From: Camelus ferus
Taxonomy: Eukaryota
Direction: 5' to 3'
Length of the DNA: 64,000 bases
Assembly (NCBI RefSeq): GCF_009834535.1
Contig: NC_045696.1
Location: 118,670,001 to 118,734,000, forward strand
Position numbers and translations under genes: made by a program. Below are positions 51,979-64,000 of the stretch, piece after piece. Within the stretch, counting starts at the first letter, position 1. Every line of letters starts with the position of its first letter. Below the pieces are notes generated by a model. It ran no database searches. It had not been told where the DNA came from and was given only the letters and a program-made list of their open reading frames with translations.

Positions 51979-52849
51979 GGTCCTGACAGTGTTAGAGACA
52001 GTTCAGAAGCTACATCTTGGAGGGAGGGGAGGGTCTCCAAAGAACTGATGAGAATGGTTTAAAACCCAGCCCACGCGATCCCTGCAGGAGGAAAGGAGAG
52101 CTCAGTAAAGACAACTATTCTGTGGGCAACTTACTTCCGGAGAGACAGTGTTAGCAAGTTCTGGATGCTACACTAACTCTTTCAAGCCACCAAGGACCAT
52201 TTAGAGTTCCGACATGCTCATTTAAAAACTTTTATTACTAAATTAATTAAATTTCAAAAGATACAATTTGGATTAAAGATAGCACCACTTTTATTTCCGT
52301 CTACTCGTATCAAGGCTTTTCTCCAAGGGGAACAAGGTGATTTGGAAACTCCTAATTAACAGAAGGTAATTCAATCATAGTCTTACTGTAAGCGAGCATT
52401 AGTTCCTCGCAGGTCTGTGATAACTAAGTACAGATGTTAGTGAACAGAGAAAAGCAACTGGAGGCGTCTCCGTAACGAAGAGCAGTGTTTTTGAGCACAG
52501 CGAGGTGTATGCAGTCCCCTGGGCCGCAGAGCCGGCGGGGCGGGCAAGAATCACTGGACCAGCTACTCCAGTGTTTACGGTACAAGCCCGGGCATCCTTC
52601 CTGGTGTTGACCACAGGACTCACCTGCTCCTTCCCCTTTCCGGGCAGAGGCAACTCCCCTAGCAAGGTGGCGAGAAACCTGACCTGCTTTTCACTCTGTA
52701 CGGTTCAACCTGCCTTTATGAAACGGAGTAACCGCGTCCCCACATACAGCAAAGCGGCTGCTCTCAAGTGCGAGTGGTGGTAAAAGTACACGCAGAGAGG
52801 TCTGGCAGCACCACCAGCTGCACGTCTCTAGCCTTTGAAAATGCATACT

Positions 52850-53040
52850 GACATGATAAGGGCCACCGTTTGCTGAGCATGTACTATGTTCTGGGCCAGT
52901 TACGCGCAATCTCTTCCCTTCTGTGGGGATGAGACTCTCTGCCCGTCCCACGGATGAAGAAACAGAGGTGCCCCAGTCACAGAGAAGGCACTAGAGCAGG
53001 GACTTTCATTCATCCTCTGAGCTTACGTTCTGTGCCAGCA
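52850..53040 (-). mobile_element. MIR fragment
   Basis: tttgctgagcatgtactatgttctggg...acggatgaagaaacagagg. Confidence 0.55.
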
Positions 53041-55126
53041 CTGCCCCCCCGAAAACACCACCACCTGCTTCCCAGGGTGCAGTTTCCTTCTCCATCCCCC
53101 AACTGCTAGTCCCAGCATCTCTGTACAAGAATGCTATTGTGCACACGTGTTCACACCCAGGCACACCTGCACGGGTCTGCATGAACCCACAGCTGTGTGA
53201 AACACACCAGGGCACATCTGTCACCCTGGGAGTCAGCTCATGATGGCAGGTGAGAAAGTACCGGGACAAAGATTTCCCAAGGTCGACGCATGGCCGGTGG
53301 ATGCTGTGGGTGAGTGAGGGTCACGGTTTCTTCCGCGGGGAGCGCAGGAGTGTGGTCCTGTGAGTGTTAAAGACGAGGGGGGTGATGGCTGAGGGAAGGG
53401 GGCCATCTGGCACCCAGGCCCTCCTGCTTGGCCCACCAGGAGCCCATGCCCACCTATGAGCTCCCGTGGCACTGGACTCCTGAGCACACTCCGGGAAGTC
53501 ACACCCATATATACACACATGAGCAACGCTCTTGTCTCAGGGGCCGCGCTGAATCAGGCTGCACTCCTGTCTGGCCGCCTCTCCCCCCAACTCCTCAACT
53601 TTGCCCTATTTTCTTGTTAGGACTCATGAATCTTCAAGTCATGCATTATCAGTCAAAGCAAAGAATCCTCCAGGTAAAGTGTAGGGGGCACTTCGAGGAT
53701 GTGAACAAGAGGCAAATGGTCCGGGCACCTGGGAGCCTCCTGCCTTCCTTCCTCCCGCCTGGTCTAGGCCTGGCCTCCCGCCTCCGGCCCCGCCCCTCCC
53801 ACGGGCATCCGGAGCTGCCCAGGAACCCCAGTCCGCCTCCACCCCCTGGACCAGCACAGGCACCACTCACCGCCCCAGGACGGACCCGGGGGCCACCCTC
53901 TGGTACTGAGACTGGAAGGACAGCCGCTCCGGCCTCCAGCCCTTGCCAGCCCCAAACCTAACCCGTCCAAAGAAGGCTTCCGGTGCACAGGAGAATCAGC
54001 CAAGTCCAGGGGAAGGCGGGCACCCCGGGACATCACCGCAGAGCAGGAAGGACACCTGGTATCTGTGTCCCCCAGACCAGGGTCACTTTCCCTCCTTCCT
54101 TCACATTGTGAGAGCCGGCCCCGTGGCAGGCTCTGACGTGACAACACTGTGGTCAGCGAGACGCACGTCGTCGTCTACATCGTGGGGCTCAGACCTGGGG
54201 GGGGGGGGGAGAGGCCTTAGAAAAGGGGATCAAACCAAGGCAGGTGTCGTCCCAAGTTGGGACAGGCAAGAAGGAAACAGAGAGCACAAAGAAGAGCAGT
54301 GACCCTCACTACCCCATGGGCGAGGGCCTCCACCTCCAGAACCCTTTCTAATGTAATTAATCCCTTCCCTTAGGAGCCGGCTTTAAACAGAAGCTGGCCT
54401 GCCCAGATTGCATAATTGCGTAATTTGAGAGAAAGTCCTCCTCCCTGCCTTCCGGGAGGGTGACAGGAAACAGGGGTTTTCAGAAAAGGAGCTCACCCTT
54501 CCTCCACCACCGGCTCCACCCAATTCCCCGTTCTCTGCTCCACCCTCACCTCGCCTAACAAGAGATGCTTGATTTGACTGAGGAAAGGAGCACTGGTGAA
54601 ACCCAACTCTTAGCGGCTCTCGGGCTGTTTCAATGCCTCATCACTGAGCAGCACCATCGTGATTACGTATCCCGCTAAATGTGTGTGTAGTAAGTTAGTT
54701 ACAAATTTTAGTGCAGTACAACACACAATTCTGGTCGACTATCCCCATTTTCTGCTGAAATAGCATGCTTTCCTCATGAGCCCTGTAAGAGATCAGAGCA
54801 GACTTTAATTTTTGTAGGCTTTCCTCTTCCCAGTTCCCGCCTCTAGTGTTTCTAGTTCTGACCATCAAACACCAACGAGTGATTTTACTGCTTTAGGGGT
54901 TCACTGCCTCTTCCAGGACGGGAGTCCCAGGGCGAGGACAGCTCCCGCCTCCTACGGGGTTAGTGAGTAGCATGATGGATCAAAATTCAAAATGCACTGA
55001 GTTAAATGCATTTAAAAAAAAAAAATAAGCAAAGGAAGAAAACCTTTAAAGCCATGATTTAAGCCGGCCAAAGTGAATCTGGAAACCAGTGCATCAAAAC
55101 GCCCTAAGGACTTTTTCCTCTTTTTG

Positions 55127-55394
55127 CAGGGTTGGCAAACTTTTCCTATAAAGGAGCAGACAGACAGTAAATATCTTAGGCTGCCACTCGTCCCTGCTGT
55201 GACAGTGGGAGGGCAGTCACGGAGGACACTTAATGGATGTGCGCTATTAAATTTTCATTAGGGATACCAAGGCTTGATTTTCATACAATTTTTACATGTC
55301 ACGAATTTTGAGTTTTTTCAACCACTCTTAGCCTGCAGCCCCTACAAAAGCAGACGGTACCAGATCGGCCCACAGGCCAGCACTCCGGCCCCTG
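55127..55394. mobile_element. MER58-like hAT DNA transposon
   Basis: Begins cagggttggcaaacttttcctataaagg and ends ...ccggcccctg (degenerate terminal inverted repeats). Confidence 0.75.
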
Positions 55395-58214
55395 CTCTGA
55401 AACGTCATGTGATTTGTCATTTGGTGATACTAGACTAAAAGTATTCGAGAGAATACAGTTTGATGCGTGACATGCGTGTTTTGAAGAGAACATCAAAAAG
55501 CAAGTGCGGCTCATATTTTAAAAGGATAAACACGTCATAACATATGTAAACAAAGGAAAAATTTGGCTACAGACCACTGTAACACTGGTCAAAGACTTTC
55601 ACAGATTTGTAACAAAGCTAGAGCTTAGTTTTAGGAAATCAACTAAAAATTAGTCACTGCCATCCTGGCTATATTTAGCAAAATACTCAAAGTAGCCATT
55701 TCTCTTCACAAAGAGTTTTTGTTTGTTTGTTTTTTGCTTTTGGCACCAGATAAGTGATTATTTAAAGCTACAATTATTTTGTGACATATAATGACATAAA
55801 TGATGGTGTAACTCCATTTGATCACTCTCTGGTGTGGGAGCATACCAACTGTAAAGAAAACCAGAATAATCAACACTGATTTCAAAGAAAATACTTGAAG
55901 ATTTCCATAAGTAGACAAAGGATCTCCTACATAAAATCTCCACATAAAAATCTGTAACATTTAGCCCTAAAGATCTGACTAATACTAAACATAGCAGGGA
56001 ATAAATGTTTTAAACTACTTAATGTGTTATTTTTAAGTTAATTGATAATTAAGCTTGTAGCGTTAAACTTAACTTTTAACACACCATATTGTCCACCCCC
56101 TGAGTTTACTGCAAGAGTAATTTTCTTATGGTTCAGAATTTGAACTGCCTTAATTAAGTTAGAAAAGACTTTGAAACCATGATTAAGTGCTATTTTTACT
56201 CCTGATAAATTCCATCTGGTAGTACAATCAGATTTCTGGTGTCAGAGGTGGCTATTTTAGTGGGGTGAGTGACATTAATTATTTCACAGCAATCCGGGGG
56301 AACATAAGTGAACAGAATGGAAAGCAAGAGCTGTTGAAACAGAATGAGAAGTGACAGTCCCTGCAGCCCCCACGACAAGGCAGTGAATGTGTGTGGCGGG
56401 GAGTCACCACCAGACACGTGCCGAGTGGAGCAGTTTGGTGAGGCGGAGGGCGAGTCCTGGTCCCCACACAAAAACAAGAAATAATGAATCCACCAGCAGT
56501 GTGGAGTTTTATTTCTCTTATAAACATGAGGTCAAGTGTAATGTATCAATGAAATATAGGCTGAAAGCTTATAAAGTGCTAAATGTGACTGACAGGAGTA
56601 CCTCGAGCTGCAGAGAAAAATTACTGCTACATCATTGTTAAAGAGATTGTGGAAAAACACCTTAAAAACATTTTTTTCCAGGTCACAACTAGGGACATAA
56701 CAGATAAAGAGAGGTCAGAAATGAGTGCGCCCTACTGCCAACAACTGATGCCAAAAGGTGGCCCACGGAAGTGTCAACAATTACATTCAGCCCTCAAAAA
56801 AGTTCCGAAAGGTGTGATTTTTTCAATAAACTGATTATGTGGATAGCTTCATTTTTATGGAGCAGATTCCATCCAGATTATCCTACTTCTTAGAAAGAAA
56901 GCTGTCTTCTAAAATGTGATTGCACGTCCAAATGGTACGTTTCTGCAAAAATAGGGGTGCCCATGACTGCATCTGCAAACACATCTCTGTGTCACCCCTG
57001 ACAATTTTCCAGAGGTATTCCATCTTTCCAACTCAGCTCCAAATAGGACTTGCAACACCACTGAATTTCTCAATAGAAAAGCATATGTTGCTCTAAACAA
57101 CACAAGGATGGTTGTCAGTCAATCAGTTTTTAACTTCTGATGAACGAGTGGGTCTTGCCTTTCCAAAGTCAGGGAATGATAGCCGAACGTCCAGGTAACG
57201 CTAAACAATACAAGTCTGTTATGACTGCAACTTACCTCCTTTCTAAACTCTAACCGGGATCCCAGCAACAACGGGACACAACAAAATATTAAACAATTCA
57301 TCTTTATGATGAATCTTTGACAAAAGAAAAATACTGCTGGAAAAAAGTTCCTGTGTGTAACTCTTCCTGGTTAATTGCAGCCAGCACGCTGAAGCTAAAA
57401 TAATCGTGCAGGCAAAATACCCCCTTTACCTCGCTGGAGAGTGTTCTGCACCCCACATGGAGCTGGACGGCAGGGCCAACCAGAGGCTCAGGTGCCCGAG
57501 GCAGCCACCTGCCCAGGTGGGGTGGAGAATGATCTGGATTCTGGGATGAGAAGAACCACCCCCAATTCCCCACCTGGTCAGAAACGGCTGCCTCAGGGAA
57601 ACTGTTAAACAGTGAAGGTGCATTCCCTGGGCCCTCCAGTGCAGTGGAGCCCAGAGGGTGCTCGGCGCTCCAAGGCCTCTGTCCCAGGACTCTGCAAGCC
57701 TATGGTGACAAGAGAGGAACACACGGATTCCTCTGCACCAGCAGCGCAGGTTGGAGGGCCAAGGAGAGACACGGCTCCCCTCTGGGACCACGGTCCGCGC
57801 CAGCCAGAGGGCCCCGACACAAGCCAGGGAGCAGGCGGAACCATCAGCGAGCTTGGGGCGGCAGGTTCCAGGTCAGCCAGTCTTCACTTTTGTGAACCTG
57901 AAAGGCTTTGGAACTCACCAGCTGCGGGAAGATGCACAAATGATCACACACTGAAAGCCAATTAAATCCTTTGTGTCTTTGATCATCACTTTTCTGTTTT
58001 GAAAAGGGTTTTGACAACAGAGGACAATCACAGCCACCACCAAACTAGCTGCAGAGAGAACACCACGCTGTAGATACCATGGCCAGTCAGTACAAACTTC
58101 AAGACGGCAAACAAACTCTGGATGCAGTAAAGACGTTTTCTTTAAGAAAGGGCCGTATATTATTAATAGTGTTTGATGCATGTTTCAATAGCAAATCAAA
58201 AATTCTGATTCTGG

Positions 58215-58300
58215 GTGAAGGGTACGGCTTCACGGTAGGGTGCCTGCTTAGCACACACAAGGTCCTAAATTCAATCCACAGTATTTCCATTAAAAAAAAA
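58215..58300 (+). mobile_element. Short diverged Vic-1-type SINE
   Basis: tgcttagcacacacaaggtcctaaattcaatccacagtatttccatt plus A9. TSD tctgattctgg at 58204-58214 and 58301-58311. Confidence 0.85.
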
Positions 58301-59478
58301 TCTGATTCTGGAAAACTTCAGTTGCTAGAAGAATACACACATACACACACACACGCGCGCGCCACACACGCATATACACGAGGTACATGTCCCTAAAGTC
58401 ATTTCCCCCTTTTTCCCTCTCTTGGCAATTATTAGGCTTAACATAAATTCTTCATCAATCCTGATACTATCAAAGGGAGGCCACTTTCCCAAGGTGCTCT
58501 AAGAAGAAAGTTATTCACCAGCAACAACAGTCAAAGTAACAGAGAGCAATTTGGCTCCATTTCTCGTGATGATCAGTAATGTAGTCCCTAGTCCTTAAAG
58601 CTGTCACATTGCACTTCTATCTCTACCTTCTGGCTCCTCCCTGCAACACCCAGGTCCTCCACCGGGTGGTATCTGAGAAGCCAGTCTCTCTGGGCATCCG
58701 GGGGGAAGGGCAGTGGGGAGGGGAGGCAGCAAGCTGGGTGGGGAGGCAGTCATGGAGGTGTGATGGGGGTCGGGTAAAGGGGCTTCTTTCCCAGATCCAT
58801 CTCCACAGTTTATAAATCATTTTGCCCTGGGGGCTTTCCGCCTACTCAAACAGTGACTTTCAGAGCCTGGGTGACGAGCAGATACCCTGTAGAAACAAAG
58901 ACACTTCTCAGTTTTAAAGGTCAAATTAGATTCTCCTTTGGGTTCCCACCAACAGGACCGGCTGGAAAGGCAGGATTTGTCAAGGAGAAACGACTTTCTA
59001 AATGATTTTAACATATCAAGAAACAACCCAGACAGATCCCACAGTGTCATCCCTAGGGTCGATGAGACTGTCCCTCCACCAGCCAAGGCTGCATGGGGTC
59101 TGCACCCCAAGGATGGAGGAGGGAAAGGGCAGCAAGGGGAACACTGGAGCCCGCCTCCTGCAGCCCTTGGGACGGGAGATGGAGCGAGGAAACTCCTCTT
59201 CTGCAAGGACCAGCCTCCATGTGTGTGTGTGTGGGGGGTGTCCTAAAGAGCCAAGCAATCACAGTCCAAAATGGACAATGTGAATGAAGGCAACAGATCA
59301 CTTTTACCGAACTGAACTAAAATTGAGGGACACCCACCCGCCCCTAAGAGGGTTGGGAAAGCTACATTTCCCTCCCTTTCTGAGACCCCCCTCTGTACAG
59401 TCTGAACTCAAACTCTGCCCCACGACAGGCCAGCACTGCTGCTGTCACTCAAATTGCATTTATTCAAAGTCTAATGGG

Positions 59479-59976
59479 TTGTATATTTATACAATGGAAT
59501 ATTACTCAGCCATAAACAAGAATAAAATAATTCCATTTGCAGCAACATGGATGGACCTGGAGATCATTATACTAAATGAAGTAAGCCAGAAAGAGAAAGA
59601 AAAATACCATATGGTATCACTTTTATGTGGAACCTGAGAAAAGAAAAAAGAAAAAAGATGACACTAATGATCTCATCAACAGAAACAGACTCACAGACAT
59701 AGTAAACAAACTCATCACTACCCGGGGAGAAAGGGATAAACTGGGAGTTTGGTATTTGCAAATGCTAACTACTATATAAAACAGATAAACAACAAAGTCC
59801 TTCTGTACAGCACAGGGAACTGTATTCAGTATCTTGTAGGAACCTACAATGAAAAAACATGAAAACGAACATATGTATGTATCTGCATGACTGGGACATG
59901 ATGCTGTACACCAGAAATTGACACACTGTAACTGAGTATACTTCAATTAAAAAAAAAGAAGAAAGAAGAAGGAAAA
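59479..59976 (+). mobile_element. 5'-truncated L1, ~500 bp
   Basis: ORF2 end [44 protein letters not shown], 3' UTR, A-rich tail. TSD at 59466-59478 and 59977-59989. Confidence 0.92.
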
Positions 59977-61462
59977 AAAGTCTAACAGGGATAGAAAGTT
60001 GGCTGAATAAACCAGGACAAGGAAGCCAAACACTTCTCCCAGCTTTGACAAGCTGCCGGTGCACGCAGTGACCAACCAAAGGAACTGTTTCTATTATTGA
60101 TGAGAATGTGCAGGATTTTAAATATGTACACAGTGCTTTTAAAAATGTCCTGTAGAGTCCTCAATGGGAAGAAGAACTCAGCAAATGACTTAAGGAGGTG
60201 CCTTTAGCCACTGAAGAAACATAAAGGGAATGAATTCTAGTTGAGAAGCACATGTATCAAAAATAAACTCTGAAGGAATTATACAGGAGCAGAATCCAAT
60301 ATTCATAGCAGAATTTGGTGGGAACAGAGGAGACAGTTCCTCTGTCTTGCCTGGGAAGAAAAAAGACTGCAGCACTTCAATGATCTCAGTTTTATCAAAA
60401 GTGGAGTGGTGTGCTTCCTGCGTAAAGCAGAGGTTTAAAAAGAAGTTCCTTAACTTTTTCTGAAGCTTAAGGTTTCAGACATATTTTGGACATAGCCTAC
60501 CAGATTCAGTGATATAAAGTGTTTGAAAAATGAGCAATCTCGTTCTGCCCCCTTAAGGAGCCATAGAAAGGCTCTAATGGAGAGTCAGACAGTGGTAACC
60601 CCACCAAACCTGCATGGCCCCGAGCCATGAACCCCAGAACAGCTCCCCAGGTGGCCTGGTCCAAATGAAATTGTCCCAGAACTGAAGCCATGATGCCAAC
60701 AGTGGGCTCCAGGTTCTGGAGAGCACCTCCGTCACTCCCTGGCCCACTCGGGAGTTTTAAATCAGACGGTTAGCAGATCAGCTGACACAGTGGCTGGCTT
60801 AATATCCTTTACTGTTTCTCATCGGAAGACAGCACATGGCGACGTGGGGAACTCCATGAAGCTCTGCGTCTCGGTCGTCCCCGAGACCTGGGAGCTGAGC
60901 ATCAAATTCCATCTGAGGGGACCAACTGCTGTGAGATGAAGGCTCTTCCAAGGGGACTGTCGGCCCCTAACATGCTACTTACTCTGTGCCAACTGAGCGC
61001 TCAGTGTCTGGTGTGTGTGTGTGTAAGAGTACTTCTAAACACGTGTTCCTTGATGGTTTCCACGGAGACATGTAGACCAAGGATGAGAAGCAGAGTGGTG
61101 TCATCACCGCCACGTGCACCTTGAAGCCCTGTCTCCCTACACTTTCCCGACCTCTCTGCTTCTAACAGCCGAGTGGCAGCCTCTCCATCTGAACAGATGA
61201 CACGGGTGATGCTGTAATCACATTCTATCCTTTAAACACCTCTCTTTCCTTCCTGCTGGCTTGGCAGTCGTCCTGAGGTGGGTCAGCTACATGGCTTCAG
61301 TGATTCCTGGGCAACTGCTTTTGGAGACGTCACTGGCTGGACCTCCCTGTACGAGCTGGGAAAGTTGACCCTTCCAATTAAAAGATGCTTTTAGTGTGAA
61401 GTTCTGAGGCAGAAGGGTGAAAAAAGGAGCCACAGAGGAGACGAGGAATCAATAAACTTATT

Positions 61463-61553
61463 TTTTTATTATTATTGAAGTACAGTCAGTTACAATGTGT
61501 CAATTTCTGATGCACAGCACAATGTCCCAGTTAAGCAAATACACACATATATT
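61463..61553 (-). mobile_element. Short L1 3'-end fragment
   Basis: Similar to 51137-51299. Degenerate TSD caataaacttatt / cagtaaccttatt. Confidence 0.82.
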
Positions 61554-62285
61554 CCAACAGTAACCTTATTACAGACCATCTCTGCCTTGGTCCAGACGGG
61601 CAGACCCCATTAATGATGAAGTGTGATCCATCTCTTCCCTGCATCAAGCAGCGGCCAGACCAAACACATGCAACCACACCGACGACATGCAGCAGATACT
61701 CCGGACGCTGCATGCCGACCTGCCAGCATGTCTGTGTAAGAAAATCTTCCTCTCACATGTTTTATTTAAAGAACCATGTTTTGTTTAAGAACGAAAGTTC
61801 TGAGTTAGAAGGGACCACTTCAGAACGCATATAAAAATATTCACAGAGAGCAAATAACATCCTCCTAGACAGAGCATCTCGTTCCTTTTTTTTTTTTTTT
61901 TTACACACTAAAAAACACTGCTCTCTACTGGATAAATGGCTTCCCCAGGGCACGCTTTCTTGATTAAGTGTGAAGGCAATTAGAATCGAGATTTTTGTGA
62001 AGCTGTAAAGGATCGAAACAAATTCATTTCAGATAGAAAGTAGAGACAAAGGAAGCGCAGGGACAAGAATGAATTCCGGGATAATGTCTGAGCCAGCAGG
62101 TGCGGCCGAGAGTCCGCTGCCCCGTCTGGGAGCTACCAGGCTGCCTGCAACGGGGTGGGGCATCATTTCCTTGACTTTTCGCTCTTCTCTCCTTTTCCTC
62201 CCCTGCAACTTCGTCCTCAACTTAATTACAATGACTGCGGCATATTCCGTACTGCAGAGAAACTGCAGCAAAATCAAGGCAAAAC

Positions 62286-62617
62286 TTTTCTTTCTTTACA
62301 GAATGTTCATTGGGATCAGAACACTTGACATGAGATCCGCCCTCTCAACGGGTGTTAAGTGTACAGCACATCACTGTTGGGTGTAGGGGCCAGGCTGTAC
62401 ACAGATCTTGAGAGCTAGTTCATCTCGCTCATCTGAAACCTTCCGCCTGCTGGTTACTAACTCCCCATTTCTCCCTCCTTCCCGCCCCTGGTAACTCCCA
62501 ACCTTGTCTCTGATTTTAAGAACCCAACTATTTCAGATCCTCATATGAGTGGAACCACGAGGTACGTGTCTTTCCACGTCCGGCTCATTTCACTTAAAAT
62601 AACATCCTCAAAGTCCA
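62286..62617 (-). mobile_element. L1MA-like (eutherian-age) 3' fragment
   Basis: agaacacttgacatgagatc...cagatcctcatatgagtggaacc...gctcatttcacttaaaataacatcctc. Confidence 0.75.
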
Positions 62618-62845
62618 GTGAAAGAATCCTACAGAGAGCTTTCTCTTTATGTAACACCTCATAGGACATTTAAACGCCCAGTGTGTTCTCTCTGTAGAGG
62701 AAGAATGCTGACTTCTCGGTCTCTAGGTGTTAGCACAGACCTCATAAATTTTTTAAAAAATTTAAGCCTCAAGCAGATGGTAAATCTGAAACTAATAAAC
62801 GAAGGTAACTAGAGAGCTGAATTATTACTTTCATCAACATTAAAG

Positions 62846-63167
62846 GACTCACAGACATAGAAAACAAATTTATGGTTACCAGGGGACAAAGAGGGGGGGA
62901 AGGGATAAACTGGGACTTTGGGATTTGCAGATATACTATATATAAAATAGACTACTAATTATATACATAGTAACTACTATACATAAACTAGATAAACAAC
63001 AAGGTCCTACTGTACAGCACAGGGAACTATATTCAATATCTTGTAATGGCCTGTAATGAAAAAGATTATGAAAAGGAATGTGTGTATATGTATGAATGAA
63101 ACATTATGCTATACACCAGAAACTGATGCAACATTGTAAACTGACTATCCTTCAATAAAAAAAAAAA
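62846..63167 (+). mobile_element. L1 3'-end fragment with an internal short duplication
   Basis: gactcacagacatagaaaacaaatttatggttacc...cttcaataaaaaaaa. The actatatataaaatag motif is repeated imperfectly at ~62933-62995. Confidence 0.9.
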
Positions 63168-63769
63168 GGGGGGGGGGGATGGTGAAAGCTTTAGTTTAAA
63201 AAGATAATGACTGAGATCCCCTGCGTGGATGGGAGAGGGGAGATGGTGCTGGAACGCCTGGCACGTCCACTCAGGAGCGTCGTGTGTTGTGCAGAGAAAC
63301 CACTTCCTCACTAGACTCTCTCTGACTCAGGCTACACAGTCCTTATGTTCTCCGACCCAGCCTTTAACTACATGAGACAGCAAGCTCAGTCGTTCTGATT
63401 CTCACCAGTGGATGCATTCAAGTCCATTCACACACATTTTAAGTATAATATTTAAATGTTCTGTTTTCTCAAGCAATCACATGAAAGATATGTTCAGGGA
63501 CTCACAGTCAGACTTCTTTGAGTGGCATCTGATCTACTGAATACAATCCTCCTTAAGCTCATTGAACCTGCCTTTTAATAGACACCAAACTATGCAAAAT
63601 GAATTCTTCTCTACCTTTAAGAGGAGTGAGAATCACAAATAAGGTACCTATGACTTCGAGAGCCCCACCTGAACACCTTCAGGTTGTTGTTATTGGATTT
63701 GATCATCCATCCACCTACCGCGTGTGCCTAGTTTTCCTGACCTGATCACAGAAAAAAAGACTAGACAAA

Positions 63770-63860
63770 GAGACTAGTCGGGCTCTAAACCTGGTTCTGC
63801 CACTAGTGTGAGGGACCACAGGGTTTCTGTGTTCTCATCTGCAAAATCAAGGCACTCAGC
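63770..63860 (+). mobile_element. MIR fragment
   Basis: cctggttctgccactagtgtg...tctgtgttctcatctgcaaaat. Confidence 0.5.
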
Positions 63861-64000
63861 TGCCTGAGTCTCCTTCACCCTAGCCCTCCTGCAGTCCACA
63901 GTGCCTCATCCTGAGTCCAGCCCTTCGCTGCTGAGCAACGGTGCAAGAACTCCCACGGGCCACACTTCCGTTTCCCAGGATACGTGCTTCTCATTTCTGA

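Noticed and set aside
53428..53961. 177-aa ORF, the longest in the window
   Set aside because: Non-ATG start and Pro/Gly-rich composition explained by local GC content. No recognisable protein.
9308..61553. Idea that sense-oriented intronic L1 tails have selectively lost AATAAA
   Set aside because: Inconsistent. Some sense copies (~28325, ~61465) retain AATAAA and some antisense copies lack it.
40959..64000. Further upstream PLCL2 exons
   Set aside because: No segment translating to recognisable PLCL2 sequence was found by eye. They probably lie beyond the window, though a small exon could have been missed.

Overview
Mammalian genomic DNA, very probably camelid (alpaca/llama/camel). The call rests on seven tRNA-derived Vic-1-type SINE monomers and many artiodactyl/camelid-type L1 3' ends. 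The window holds the 3' part of PLCL2 (inactive phospholipase C-like 2) on the minus strand: the last three coding exons at 40883-40958, 18691-18800 and 6677-6844. These splice in frame through canonical GT-AG sites and are followed by a ~700-nt 3' UTR with an ATTAAA signal at 6001-6006. The upstream exons lie beyond the right edge. The rest is intron or intergenic DNA with a decayed ~4.4-kb L1 at the left edge and many L1, SINE, L2, MIR, MER and MaLR fragments. Apart from those overlapping the PLCL2 exons and L1 remnants, the ORF-track entries look spurious. The most notable observation is an apparent 1-nt insertion that stops PLCL2 four codons early, with the ancestral 'ETGE-stop' still readable out of frame. 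I found no convincing evidence of a wholly new biological system. Repeat family names and boundaries of old repeats are by-eye estimates.
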